A stretch of 19,731 nucleotides of DNA from a virus (IMGVR_UViG_2802429241_000007:1-19731), one strand, 5' to 3'. Positions 8,028-18,178 are shown, counted from the stretch's first letter. Notes: generated by a model not told the origin, from the letters alone. Program-made: numbers and translations.

Positions 8028-10361
8028 ATGAAAATGAACGTAACCGCCACCGTCAGCCATGCGCTCGGCCACTGGCCGCGTATTCTCCCGGCACTGGGGA
8101 TTCAGGTGCTGAAAAACCGTCATCAGCCCTGTCCGGTCTGTGGCGGGAGTGACCGCTTCCGTTTTGATGACAGGGAGGGGCGCGGCACCTGGTACTGCAA
8201 TCAGTGTGGTGCCGGTGACGGCCTGAAACTGGTTGAAAAGGTGTTTGGTGTCTCCCCGTCCGACGCGGCCGCAAAGGTGGCTGCCGTGACAGGCAGCCTG
8301 CCCCCGGCTGACCCGGCAGTGACGGCTGCCGCCGTTGCTGAAACAGAAGCTGCCCGGAAGAACGCTGCCGCACTGGCACAAACCCTGATGGCAAAAACCC
8401 GTCCCGGAACCGGTAACGCCTACCTGACCCGCAAGGGCTTTCCCGACCGGGAATGCCGGATGCTGACCGGCACACACAGAGCCGGTGGCGTGAGCTGGCG
8501 CGCCGGTGACCTTGTGGTGCCACTGTATGACGACAGCGGCGAACTGGTTAACCTTCAGTTAATCAGTGCTGACGGCCGTAAGCGCACCCTGAAAGGCGGA
8601 CAGGTCAGGGGCACCTGTCACACCCTTGAAGGACAGAATCAGGCCGGAAAACGTCTGTGGATAGCGGAGGGATACGCGACCGCACTTACCGTGCATCACC
8701 TGACCGGTGAAACGGTGATGGTGGCGCTTTCTTCCGTGAACCTCCTTTCTCTGGCCAGCCTTGCCCGGCAGAAGCATCCGGCCTGTCAGATTGTCCTTGC
8801 CGCAGACCGTGACCTCAGCGGTGACGGCCAGAAAAAAGCCGCCGCAGCCGCAGATGCGTGTGAGGGCGTTGTTGCCCTGCCGCCGGTCTTCGGTGACTGG
8901 AATGATGCCTTCACGCAGTACGGCGGGGAAGCCACCCGTAAGGCCATTTACGATGCCATCCGGCCACCGGCTGAAAGCCCGTTCGACACCATGAGCGAAG
9001 CGGAGTTTTCCGCCATGAGTACCAGCGAAAAGGCCATGCGTATCTATGAGCATTACGGCGAGGCGCTCGCGGTCGATGCCAACGGCCAGCTTCTGTCCCG
9101 CTATGAAAATGGTGTCTGGAAGGTGCTGCCGCCACAGGACTTTGCCCGGGATGTGGCCGGGCTGTTTCAGCGGCTGCGTGCGCCGTTCTCCTCCGGGAAG
9201 GTGGCCTCCGTGGTGGACACCCTGAAGCTGATTATTCCGCAGCAGGAAGCCCCCTCCCGCCGCCTGATTGGCTTTCGTAACGGTGTGCTCGACACACAGA
9301 ACGGCACGTTCCACCCGCACAGTCCGTCACACTGGATGCGTACCCTGTGCGATGTGGATTTCACCCCGCCGGTGGAAGGGGAAACGCTGGAAACCCACGC
9401 TCCCGCGTTCTGGCGCTGGCTTGACCGTGCTGCCGGTGGTCGTGCGGAAAAACGCGACGTGATTCTGGCCGCACTGTTTATGGTGCTGGCAAACCGCTAC
9501 GACTGGCAGCTCTTTCTGGAGGTGACCGGTCCCGGCGGCAGCGGCAAAAGTATCATGGCCGAAATAGCCACCCTGCTGGCCGGGGAGGATAACGCCACGT
9601 CGGCCACCATCGAGACGCTGGAATCCCCGCGTGAACGTGCCGCGTTAACTGGCTTCTCACTGATACGCCTGCCGGACCAGGAAAAATGGAGCGGCGACGG
9701 TGCCGGACTCAAGGCCATCACCGGCGGCGATGCGGTGTCCGTTGACCCGAAATACCGGGATGCGTACTCCACGCACATCCCGGCGGTGATTCTGGCCGTG
9801 AACAATAACCCGATGCGCTTCACCGACCGCAGCGGCGGCGTGTCACGCCGGCGGGTGATTATTCACTTCCCGGAACAGATAGCCCCGCAGGAGCGCGACC
9901 CGCAGCTTAAGGACAAAATCACCCGCGAGCTGGCGGTCATCGTGCGTCACCTGATGCAGAAGTTCAGCGACCCGATGCTCGCCCGGTCACTGCTTCAGTC
10001 CCAGCAGAACTCAGACGAGGCACTGAACATCAAACGGGATGCCGACCCGACGTTTGATTTTATCGGCTATCTGGAAACCCTGCCGCAGACCAGCGGCATG
10101 TATATGGGGAACGCCAGTATCATCCCGCGTAATTACCGTAAATACCTCTATCACGCCTATCTGGCCTACATGGAGGCAAACGGCTACCGGAATGTACTCA
10201 GTCTGAAAATGTTCGGGCTGGGGCTGCCGGTGATGCTGAAGGAATACGGACTGAATTACGAGAAGCGCCATACCAAACAGGGGATACAGACCAACCTGAC
10301 GCTGAAAGAGGAAAGCTACGGCGACTGGCTGCCAAAATGTGACGACCCTGCAACAACCTGA
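8028..10361 (+). CDS. alpha: Alpha-like replication protein (zinc-binding primase, TOPRIM, helicase with Walker A)
   Basis: 777-aa ORF with AGGAG Shine-Dalgarno. N-terminal CPVCGG...CNQCG zinc motif and Walker A GPGGSGKS. Length matches P4 alpha as I recall it. Iterons on both sides. Confidence 0.9.
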   Translation: MKMNVTATVSHALGHWPRILPALGIQVLKNRHQPCPVCGGSDRFRFDDREGRGTWYCNQCGAGDGLKLVEKVFGVSPSDAAAKVAAVTGSLPPADPAVTAAAVAETEAARKNAAALAQTLMAKTRPGTGNAYLTRKGFPDRECRMLTGTHRAGGVSWRAGDLVVPLYDDSGELVNLQLISADGRKRTLKGGQVRGTCHTLEGQNQAGKRLWIAEGYATALTVHHLTGETVMVALSSVNLLSLASLARQKHPACQIVLAADRDLSGDGQKKAAAAADACEGVVALPPVFGDWNDAFTQYGGEATRKAIYDAIRPPAESPFDTMSEAEFSAMSTSEKAMRIYEHYGEALAVDANGQLLSRYENGVWKVLPPQDFARDVAGLFQRLRAPFSSGKVASVVDTLKLIIPQQEAPSRRLIGFRNGVLDTQNGTFHPHSPSHWMRTLCDVDFTPPVEGETLETHAPAFWRWLDRAAGGRAEKRDVILAALFMVLANRYDWQLFLEVTGPGGSGKSIMAEIATLLAGEDNATSATIETLESPRERAALTGFSLIRLPDQEKWSGDGAGLKAITGGDAVSVDPKYRDAYSTHIPAVILAVNNNPMRFTDRSGGVSRRRVIIHFPEQIAPQERDPQLKDKITRELAVIVRHLMQKFSDPMLARSLLQSQQNSDEALNIKRDADPTFDFIGYLETLPQTSGMYMGNASIIPRNYRKYLYHAYLAYMEANGYRNVLSLKMFGLGLPVMLKEYGLNYEKRHTKQGIQTNLTLKEESYGDWLPKCDDPATT

Positions 10362-10377
10362 CCCTCATGACCCACCT

Positions 10378-10402
10378 GACCGGCATCTGCCGGTCTTTTT
10401 TT
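10378..10402 (+). terminator. Rho-independent terminator after alpha
   Basis: GACCGGC-ATCT-GCCGGTC stem-loop followed by TTTTTTT, 17 nt after the alpha stop. Confidence 0.65.
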
Positions 10403-10418
10403 ATCCCTGAATTCCCCG

Positions 10419-10512
10419 CAGGTGAACAATCCACTGTTCACCCTTCACCGTATATTCACCCGTTATCACACTGAAATTAAAAGAGAAAAACGAAAGGTGA
10501 ACAGTGTGAACA
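10419..10512. repeat. crr-like direct repeat, copy 1 (iteron-containing)
   Basis: 94-bp unit beginning caggtgaacaatccactgttcaccc and ending gaaaggtgaacagtgtgaaca. Contains TGTTCACC/GGTGAACA octamers. Confidence 0.65.
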
Positions 10513-10598
10513 ATCAAATCAAAAAAAACTTTTTTCTTCCTGAGTGATTTCAGTACGGGGGATTAATCACCGGTATGAGTCACACCGGCAGAATGCCG

Positions 10599-10692
10599 GA
10601 GGTGAAGAATCGAATGTTCACCCTTCACCCATTATTCACCACCTATCACTATGAAATAAAAGGAGAAAAAAGAAAGGTGAACAGTGTGAACA
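10599..10692. repeat. crr-like direct repeat, copy 2
   Basis: 94-bp unit closely matching copy 1 (gaggtgaagaatcgaatgttcaccc...gaaaggtgaacagtgtgaaca). Confidence 0.65.
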
Positions 10693-10906
10693 GTTCTTCC
10701 GAAAAAAAATTTTTTATGTGGATAAAAGATGCACTGGTTTGGATCCGAACTACGGATCCAAACTTACTGATTAAAAATTATTTAACTTTCCGATTTGTTG
10801 ATGGGCTGAAAATAGATTGGTCAGAAAAACAGTGGGGGCACAAAAGGGGGCATATTTCATTGTTGTGTTTTATTATTTGTTTTTTATCATTGACTTATTT
10901 TGATGT

Positions 10907-10927
10907 TTGAGTCCGGCCTTCGCACCA
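10907..10927 (+). other. att-like partial repeat of the tRNA-Leu 3' end (distal boundary of the satellite)
   Basis: GTTTGAGTCCGGCCTTCGCACCA closely resembles the 3' end of E. coli tRNA-Leu leuX (GGTTCGAGTCCGGCCTTCGGCACCA, from memory), the P4 integration target. Two differences, so either a degenerate copy or imperfect recall. Confidence 0.5.
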
Positions 10928-11560
10928 TACCGTATGCAAATCGAGTCGCTCAAGGGCGGCTTTTTTTGTATATAAAATCTAGTATCCGTAAGGCTTTCCT
11001 CGCTTTTTCACGTAACCTAAGTCAGCCAACTTTAATCTACATTAACTTATTGATGGCGAGTGCCTCTGCTGGTATTTCCCGGTTAGATAATATTTGTTCT
11101 CACACGAACCCTCTGAAAGGATATTCATTGTGGCTCTGAGTGATGTGAAAGTTCGTTCGGCAAGGTCTGAGTAAAAGCTTATAAACTACCGGATAGTGAA
11201 CTATTAATAAAAGCGATACGGGGCTATCTGGAATACCCCGGCAACATGCCGCTGCCTGAACAGATTACAAATGTCGCTGTATTCGAAGATGTGTATCGTT
11301 TCCTGTTGAATGGTTCCGGTGGCTGGAGCTGCGCCGTACTGATGTGGCAGCAGTCCGTGTCTTCCTTTAGAATTATCGATATCGCCATTGTGATGCAATA
11401 GGTAAACCGCAGCGCCTCATTTCTGCCGTGTGCCGGATCATTGCTATCGAACCAGGCACCAACGTGCTGTAGTACATCGTTCTGCTAATGATGCGGAGAG
11501 GGGATATGTATCGTAAGAATTATTTTGTAATAAATCTAATGAATCCAACATAGGGTAAGA

Positions 11561-11588
11561 ATAAAAGGGTAGGCCACGAAACCTACCC
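11561..11588 (-). terminator. Rho-independent terminator after the methyltransferase gene
   Basis: On the minus strand: GGGTAGG-N8-CCTACCC followed by a T-rich run, 8 nt after the methyltransferase stop. Confidence 0.5.
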
Positions 11589-11595
11589 TGTATGG

Positions 11596-12849
11596 TTATC
11601 TTTTATTTATCTTATCTAAAAGATGTACCACAGATTTGCCAACAGCAAATGACAGATTAACAGGAACAGCATTTCCTATTTGCTTATATTTCGCTGACAT
11701 TGGGCCTTCAAATACCCAGTCATCGGGGAAGGTCTGTATTCTTGCATACTCACGCACAGTTAATGGTCTTGTTTCTTCTGGGTGGCAACGCTCTGTTTGT
11801 TTCTGTGCTGGGGCGCATGTTAATGTTAGGCTTGGTTCATCCCATGACAAGCGACGAGCCATACCAGTTTTGCCCCCTCCTAAGTAAAAACTCTTGAGCA
11901 TGTATTCTTTTTGAATATCTTCTGGAAGATCTCTCCAATAGCCACCGGGAGGAACCATACTTAGGATCTCTGCTTTTCTTTTGGGATATTTTTGTCCCTC
12001 AGATTCTGGCACGTCGCTATCGTACAAGTCTCCCTTTTTTAATGCATCTTTAAGGGTTAATATTTTATTGTAAGAAGAAGGCCACTCATAATCGATGCCA
12101 TCAGCAAGATCATTTCTTACAGCTACAATGATCAAACGCTCTCGTTTTTGCGGCACTTTGTAGAAAATAGCCTTAAGTACTCTTGGCTCAAATAAAGTGT
12201 AGCCCAAGTCTGTGATAATATTTTTTATTGTTTCTAAAGTTCGCCCATCATCATGATTTAGCAACCCTCGAACATTCTCTGCTAAAAGAACTTTCGGATT
12301 GACTTCTTTAGCTGCTCGGGCGAATTCAAAGAAAAGGGTGCCCCGTGTGTCTTCAAAACCAAGTTTTTTGCCTGCATAAGAGAATGCCTGGCAAGGAAAG
12401 CCACCAGCCAGCACATCAACGGTATTCCTATAAGGAGTGAAGTCTACTTGGCTCACATCGCCTTCAACCACATTCCATTCAGGCCTATTTTTTCGTAACG
12501 TCTTACAAGCATGGGAGTCAATTTCATTTAGTAAAACAGATTTTAAACCTGCTTTTTCCAAACCTAAAGCCATCCCCCCTGCGCCAGCAAATAACTCTAA
12601 TACAGTATAAACATTATTGCTAATTTTAGTCTCATCAGACCACTGGCTTTTAAATAAAAACTGAGCTTGTTCAAAATTTTTAAGTTGCTCTTTTTTATAA
12701 AATCGATAGTTGTTTTCGTCATTTCTTTGAGAAACTAATTTTCCAGCAGTATCCCAACGCCTTAAAGTTTCTTTTGAAACACCCAAAATGTCTGCAACTT
12801 CTGAAAGTGAAAATTCTTCCTTTAACATATTTAGTAACCATGCCAACAT
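11596..12849 (-). CDS. DNA (cytosine-5)-methyltransferase with N-terminal HTH domain
   Basis: Canonical C5-MTase motifs: I LFAGAGGMALG, IV GFPCQAFS, VI ENVRGLL, VIII QKRERLIIV, X GNAVPV. N-terminal roughly 50 aa looks like a MerR-type HTH (SLSEVADILGVSKETLRRWDTAGKL). Start may be ATG 12849 or the ATG 21 nt downstream (MLKEEF). Confidence 0.85.
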   Translation of the reverse strand: MLAWLLNMLKEEFSLSEVADILGVSKETLRRWDTAGKLVSQRNDENNYRFYKKEQLKNFEQAQFLFKSQWSDETKISNNVYTVLELFAGAGGMALGLEKAGLKSVLLNEIDSHACKTLRKNRPEWNVVEGDVSQVDFTPYRNTVDVLAGGFPCQAFSYAGKKLGFEDTRGTLFFEFARAAKEVNPKVLLAENVRGLLNHDDGRTLETIKNIITDLGYTLFEPRVLKAIFYKVPQKRERLIIVAVRNDLADGIDYEWPSSYNKILTLKDALKKGDLYDSDVPESEGQKYPKRKAEILSMVPPGGYWRDLPEDIQKEYMLKSFYLGGGKTGMARRLSWDEPSLTLTCAPAQKQTERCHPEETRPLTVREYARIQTFPDDWVFEGPMSAKYKQIGNAVPVNLSFAVGKSVVHLLDKINKR

Positions 12850-12908
12850 TAGTCATGGTTACTACTGTATGAGTTTACATGTACTTTGTCAAACGTTGAT
12901 CATGGTTA
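12833..12908. promoter_or_regulatory. Candidate operator: CATGGTTA boxes around the methyltransferase start
   Basis: AGTAACCATG (12833..12842) and CATGGTTACT (12854..12863) form a 10-bp inverted repeat with an 11-bp spacer that contains the ATG at 12849. A third CATGGTTA box lies at 12901..12908. Confidence 0.35.
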
Positions 12909-13628
12909 TCAGCCGTAAGCGAGCCCAAAATACTTAATAAAACTATCTTTATCAGGGATGGAAAAGCCTTGCTGCCCAAGACGCTCGCTCAAAATATACT
13001 CAATTGCGTGAGGAAGAGCACTATGGAGTTCTTGTAGAGCATCTGGTCTGCCTGTGACAAGTTCATAGAAGCTCGCACCATCAATGATTCGAATTTTAGG
13101 GTTCGAAGGACACAGAGTACCGCTACCTTTATTGGAAGGGGTAAAAGGGATGTCATATCTGATAGGTTTACGAGGGATTATATTAACAAAGTACGCGCAG
13201 TAATCCTTAAATCGGCTATGTTTCGGTGATACTAACTCATCTAAACCTTTATACTTATCTGCTAAATCCCCGCCAGTAACCGTTGAGTATTTATTTTTCA
13301 CCTCAGCGATGATTCTTCTCTCTTCATTGAGAAGATCAACGATGCCACCAATCCCCATATCCCGCCATCCTTCAACATGGCCGAGGATTTTTTGGTGAAA
13401 AGTACCAACATGATTTTGAATGGTTTTCTGTCGTTGTCGTGCGAGTTCGGAGTTTCGCCACTCTTCATGGGATGAGAACCCTGGAGCTTCAAAAAGTGCG
13501 CCAAAAGGGTCAATCACATTGCTGGTAAAAGTCTTCTCAGCGGCGTCTTTTTTCTTTTTAGCTTTCGTTAATAAGGTTTCAACTTCGTTAAAAAGATCTT
13601 CATCACTGATATATTCAAGTAATGACAT
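12909..13628 (-). CDS. Putative type II restriction endonuclease (PD-(D/E)xK-like), upstream partner of the methyltransferase
   Basis: 239-aa ORF with ATG at 13628 and GGAG upstream, co-directional with and 59 bp upstream of the C5-MTase. Candidate catalytic core IVD...(12 aa)...AEVK is consistent with PD-(D/E)xK. AT-rich. Confidence 0.5.
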   Translation of the reverse strand: MSLLEYISDEDLFNEVETLLTKAKKKKDAAEKTFTSNVIDPFGALFEAPGFSSHEEWRNSELARQRQKTIQNHVGTFHQKILGHVEGWRDMGIGGIVDLLNEERRIIAEVKNKYSTVTGGDLADKYKGLDELVSPKHSRFKDYCAYFVNIIPRKPIRYDIPFTPSNKGSGTLCPSNPKIRIIDGASFYELVTGRPDALQELHSALPHAIEYILSERLGQQGFSIPDKDSFIKYFGLAYG

Positions 13629-14662
13629 AGTTGTATCTCCATCATTCTTTATAATTCAATAAATTTTTCGCGTAATAACCTTTGGGAGCTATTGTGGTTA
13701 CGGCTAATTACACGACAGCTCTCAAAAACGACACTGGAGCAAGTTTTCTAATCATAACGATTACAGACATAGATTAAAACGATCAATGAGCACTTAAAGA
13801 GAGGGGGGGTTGTGGTGTGATCTGAATGGCTTGTGCTGAGGATTCGAGCAATATGTTACGGGGATAGGGGATTGAAGTGGCACACTGAATTTGGCTACCT
13901 GAACAGAGGTGATATGCTCACCTCTGAATCTGCTCGTTGATTTTGTTCAGCAAACTATTGAGCAGGAAATACAACGTTACGGCAACCAGTACCGCAGTTT
14001 TGCGTGTCACCAGTTGATGAGTTAAAAATGGGAGAGGATGAGTTGGCGAATAATCCTCTCTACCAGATACGCTATCAGCAGTTTGTTTCTCCAATGGTGT
14101 ATGGAGAACGAAAGATCACATGGGATGAGGCTTACTCCAGGTTTAGGAGCTTAGCGTTAGCCATCCTGAATGCTTGATATGCAGCATTTGTCTTTATTTG
14201 AAATTCCGATAAACATCGTGAAGCGTTAAAGTACCGACTGATTATTCAGTTTGTTGATTTTTCAGAGAATCGCGCTGAGTATACATGTGAATATACAAAG
14301 TGATTTTGGCTATGAAATCACATTTATTTCAATGAGTTATCTTTTAAAGAGCAGCCCAGTCTTCACATCAATAGACGTCAACTGAGGTCTTTTTTTATGC
14401 CTGAAATCCGCGCCACACAAATCTTTTCCGCTGTTTTTTCCAACTAACGTCAACCTGGTTCAATCCATATTAAATCCCTGAAGAATACCGAACCAAGTAT
14501 GTTTGCGCTTATCTATTAAGGATTCGGCTCTTTCAGAAAATCTAATCCATCCTCCAGGCACAATATTTATTGCGATCGTGCTCGCATCGTGGACAATGTT
14601 TAATCATAAGTAATATTTACATCAATGAAATCAATGATTTCTATTATGTCACGGAATGGAAA

Positions 14663-17600
14663 ATGGACAGCAATACATTGGGATTCACTTCATACTGGCG
14701 CAACTCCTTAGCTGACGCCGAATCTGGTAAAGGAACGTTTTCACGTAAAGATACAGATTCATTCATTCGATGGATAAATATCACCACAGGGAAGTTGGAT
14801 GACGAGACTATTCGGGCATTTTTTGACGGTGAAGGGGAGTCGGTAAAAACCGTTGAAGTCGTGTTACGGCCCCAAGTGTGGAACCGCATAGTAAAGCATG
14901 GCAAAGAGCAAATGGCAGATGTACCCGCAATTATCACGCCACTGGTTACCTCCGCTCTTCTGAATAGGGAAGGTTTTTTGTTTCCTGCCGCTTCAGCCAC
15001 TATTCCCCGCGATCTGCTTGAACCTCTCCCTTCCGGTCATTTTTCTATTGGTGAGTTGGCGCAATATGACAAATACAAAACCACGCATAACACAGCCACC
15101 ATTAATGAAGATGACCCAGAACATTACGAAGAAACTGACGAAGAGAAAGCGGAACGCCATGCCAGGTATCGTCAGCATTGGCAAAATTATCTTCAACAGT
15201 CAGATAACCTTTTAAGAAACGTCACTGGAAATTGGGTCGCTACATCTGAGCCATACGAACGGGCTGGATACGGTTATATTGTTAAAGCTAGCCAGCATGT
15301 AGGGGCCAGCGTTCATATCCTGCCTATGTATGACCATCTTCTGATGAGCCAGGTTAAGGTTCCGCTATTAACGCGTTTTGCCTCAAACGAAATGGCTCCA
15401 GTGGAGCCACTTCTCGCTAAGAATGCGATGTTCTGCGAACGTTTGGGGCATTCCGGCGATAAGTTTCCGCTGGCAGTGGCGCAGCGCGATGCCCTGAGCC
15501 ATTATCTGACTCAACAGCAGGGTGATATGCTCGCTGTCAACGGTCCTCCGGGAACGGGTAAAACTACGCTGGTGCTTTCTATTATTGCCACCGAATGGAC
15601 AAGAGCCGCACTTAATCAAACTGAACCTCCTGTAATCATTGCCACATCGACTAACAATCAGGCCGTCACCAATATTATTGAAGCCTTTGGAAAAGATTTC
15701 TCTACTGGTTTTGGCGTAATGTCTGGGCGTTGGTTGCCGGAGGTAATAAGCTATGGCGCTTATTTTCCGTCTAAAAGCCGTCTGGTTGAGGCAGCGAAGA
15801 AATACCAGACTGGAGATTTTTTTAACCGCGTTGAATCCCAGGAATATCTGGAAAAAGCCCGGGCCTTTTACCTTGAAAAAGCGGAGGCGGCGTTTGGAGC
15901 TGGAGAGTACAATTCGCCAGAGCATGTAGTGACGCTTTTGCATGAACGTTTAACTTCACAGTTTATGCAACTTCAGCAAATCGAACCCGCATGGCGCAGA
16001 CTCAATGATATCCGCCATGAACAGCGAGTCATCAGTGAGAATCTCGACCAGTATCTTCAGGACAAAAACACACTTCTTCTCAATATTGGCAATGAAATTT
16101 CACTTTTAGTCAGAGGTAAAAAGCAGTGGCAGCAATACCGTGCCAATGAGTCGCTTATGTATGCATTTTTGTCATGGCTCCCTGCTGTTCGTGCTAAACG
16201 CCATTACCAGATTAACCTCTTCCTGGACTCTACGTTCGGCGCAAGAATGACAGCGTTCCAGGGAAATTGTCCCGAAGATATTGATAAATTTATCGATAGT
16301 TTGATCGCTAAAGCGCAACAAGAGCAGGCGGTGTGCCAACAGAATATCAACTTTGCGCAGGACATAGCCCGACGTGAAGTGGAAGCAGCAAAACAATGGC
16401 ACGAGTTGACTTATGCGCTGGGCTACAGGGGATGCGATGAGCTGAACCTCGCCGGCGCGGACGAGCTTGCCGATACTCAGATTCGTTTTCCTGCGTTCTT
16501 GCTAGCGACTCATTATTGGGAAGGTCGCTGGCTGATGGATATGGCGACAATCGATAATCTGCAAAAAGAAAAAGGACTCACTGGGGCGATTAGTGTCAAG
16601 GCCCGATGGCGAAGAAGAATGAAACTTACCCCCTGTGTGGTGATGACCTGCTACATGTTGCCTTCTCAAATGATAACGGGGAAATTTGTCGGAGGTGCCA
16701 GGCAATTTGATAATGATTATTTATATAACTTTGCTGATTTACTGATCGTCGATGAAGCAGGGCAGGTGCTCCCGGAGGTTGCTGCGGCTTCCTTTGCATT
16801 AGCTAAGAAAGCGCTGGTAATAGGCGATACAGAACAAATAGCACCAATCTGGAATTGTCTGCCTGTCACCGATATAGGCAATATGCTGGAGGAGAACATT
16901 CTTTCTGGCGACACTCAGGAAGAGCTAATGAATGCATATTCCCATGTGTGTGAGTCTGGAAAAAGTGCGGCATCCGGCAGCGTGATGAAAGTTGCTCAGT
17001 ACAATTCTCGCTACCAATATGATCCCAAGTTCGAGCGCGGAATGTATCTGTATGAGCATCGTCGCTGTTTCAATAACATCATCGGCTACTGTAACTCACT
17101 TTGCTATCACGGTAAGTTGCAGCCCAAAAGAGGAATGGAAAAAGAGACGATTTTCCCGGCAATGGGGTTTTTGCATATTGACGGCAGGGGCATGAAGCCA
17201 AATGGAGGTAGCCGTTATAACCCTCTTGAAGCGGAAACAATTGCAGCATGGCTGGTGGCGCATAAGGATGGTATAGAGCGCCATTACGGGGAACCGCTGT
17301 ATAAAGTCGTTGGTATTGTGACGCCATTTTCGGCACAGGTTAATGCCATCAAGACGTCATTGCGTAAGCTGGAGATTAATTGCAATGACGAAGAGGGTTC
17401 GCTGACCGTGGGGACTGTGCACTCCTTGCAGGGTGCGGAAAGGGCGATTGTTCTCTTTTCTACGGTCTATTCAAAACATGAAGATGGTCAGTTTATTGAC
17501 AGCAATAGCAGTATCCTGAATGTCGCAGTCTCACGCGCTAAAGATAGTTTTCTGGTCTTCGGTGATATGGACCTTATAGAGATGCAGCCAGCATTTTCGC

Positions 17601-18178
17601 CGCGAGGGTTATTGGCAAAATTTCTGTTTGCTTCAGATAATAATGCGTTGCAATTTGAGTTTCAGAAACGGCAGGATTTAAGTTCCGCACAGACACAAAT
17701 TTCAACGTTGCATGGTGTGGAGCAGCATGATGAATTTTTGAATAATGCTCTGGCCGCAGCTCAACAGAAGATCACGATTATTTCCCCTTGGTTATCCTGG
17801 CAAAAAGTGGAGCAAACGGGTTTTCTTGCGTCGATGGCTCTGGCCCGTTCCCGGGGTATTGATATTACCGTGGTAACGGATAAAAACTGCAATATTGCGC
17901 ATGTCGATGATGATAAGCGCCAGGAGAAACTGCATCTTCTAAATGATGCAGTCGAAAAGCTCAATAATATGGGCATTGCTACAAAATTGGTGAATCGCGT
18001 TCACAGCAAAATTGTGATTAGAGATGAGGAGTTGCTGTGCGTTGGATCTTTTAACTGGTTCAGTGCTGCGCGAGAAGATAAATATCAACGATACGATACG
18101 TCTTTGGTGTACCGTGGCGAAGGCGTAAAAAATGAAATAAAGGCGATATATAGCAGTCTGGATCAACGTCAGCTATAA
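14663..18178 (+). CDS. Upf1-like SF1 helicase fused to a C-terminal PLD-family (HKD) nuclease domain; candidate single-gene defence protein (Mokosh type II-like)
   Basis: Walker A GPPGTGKT (15542..15565), Walker B DEAGQ (16751..16765), helicase motifs [28 protein letters not shown] and [18 protein letters not shown]-terminal HSKIVIRD-x6-GSFN is a textbook HxK-x4-D-x6-GSxN PLD signature (18002..18055). The track ORF starts at TTG 14570; the first in-frame ATG is 14663. About 290 aa N-terminal to Walker A (from ATG 14663) has no motif I recognise. Confidence 0.8.
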   Translation: MDSNTLGFTSYWRNSLADAESGKGTFSRKDTDSFIRWINITTGKLDDETIRAFFDGEGESVKTVEVVLRPQVWNRIVKHGKEQMADVPAIITPLVTSALLNREGFLFPAASATIPRDLLEPLPSGHFSIGELAQYDKYKTTHNTATINEDDPEHYEETDEEKAERHARYRQHWQNYLQQSDNLLRNVTGNWVATSEPYERAGYGYIVKASQHVGASVHILPMYDHLLMSQVKVPLLTRFASNEMAPVEPLLAKNAMFCERLGHSGDKFPLAVAQRDALSHYLTQQQGDMLAVNGPPGTGKTTLVLSIIATEWTRAALNQTEPPVIIATSTNNQAVTNIIEAFGKDFSTGFGVMSGRWLPEVISYGAYFPSKSRLVEAAKKYQTGDFFNRVESQEYLEKARAFYLEKAEAAFGAGEYNSPEHVVTLLHERLTSQFMQLQQIEPAWRRLNDIRHEQRVISENLDQYLQDKNTLLLNIGNEISLLVRGKKQWQQYRANESLMYAFLSWLPAVRAKRHYQINLFLDSTFGARMTAFQGNCPEDIDKFIDSLIAKAQQEQAVCQQNINFAQDIARREVEAAKQWHELTYALGYRGCDELNLAGADELADTQIRFPAFLLATHYWEGRWLMDMATIDNLQKEKGLTGAISVKARWRRRMKLTPCVVMTCYMLPSQMITGKFVGGARQFDNDYLYNFADLLIVDEAGQVLPEVAAASFALAKKALVIGDTEQIAPIWNCLPVTDIGNMLEENILSGDTQEELMNAYSHVCESGKSAASGSVMKVAQYNSRYQYDPKFERGMYLYEHRRCFNNIIGYCNSLCYHGKLQPKRGMEKETIFPAMGFLHIDGRGMKPNGGSRYNPLEAETIAAWLVAHKDGIERHYGEPLYKVVGIVTPFSAQVNAIKTSLRKLEINCNDEEGSLTVGTVHSLQGAERAIVLFSTVYSKHEDGQFIDSNSSILNVAVSRAKDSFLVFGDMDLIEMQPAFSPRGLLAKFLFASDNNALQFEFQKRQDLSSAQTQISTLHGVEQHDEFLNNALAAAQQKITIISPWLSWQKVEQTGFLASMALARSRGIDITVVTDKNCNIAHVDDDKRQEKLHLLNDAVEKLNNMGIATKLVNRVHSKIVIRDEELLCVGSFNWFSAAREDKYQRYDTSLVYRGEGVKNEIKAIYSSLDQRQL

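Larger units (their letters stand above)
1..10927. mobile_element. P4-type satellite prophage (integrase, cos, psu-delta-sid, ori iterons, vis, immunity leader, alpha, crr, att repeat)
   Basis: Gene order and protein sizes match the P4 layout as I recall it (Psu 190 aa, Delta 166 aa, Sid 244 aa, 88/151/106-aa ORFs, Alpha 777 aa). cos-like motif, TGTTCACC iterons and a tRNA-Leu 3'-end-like repeat at 10907..10927 are visible in the sequence. The left boundary (intact tRNA, attL) is presumably just upstream of position 1, outside the window. Confidence 0.85.

Noticed and set aside
8053-9320. Minus-strand ORFs (156, 163, 253 aa and others) inside the alpha gene
   Set aside because: Antisense to the 777-aa primase-helicase, with low-complexity Arg/Gly/Pro-rich translations and no RBS.
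10575-10910. 111-aa track ORF across the second crr repeat
   Set aside because: It runs through iteron repeats and the AT-rich att-proximal region, with no convincing RBS. Probably non-coding.
11204-11401. 64-aa minus-strand ORF and an overlapping roughly 51-codon plus-strand ORF just outside the satellite
   Set aside because: Both are short, lack clear RBS and recognisable motifs, and sit in AT-rich junction DNA. Possibly a gene remnant, but I cannot support a call.
14993-17336. Short ORFs on both strands within the helicase-PLD gene
   Set aside because: All are embedded in or antisense to the long, motif-supported helicase-PLD reading frame.
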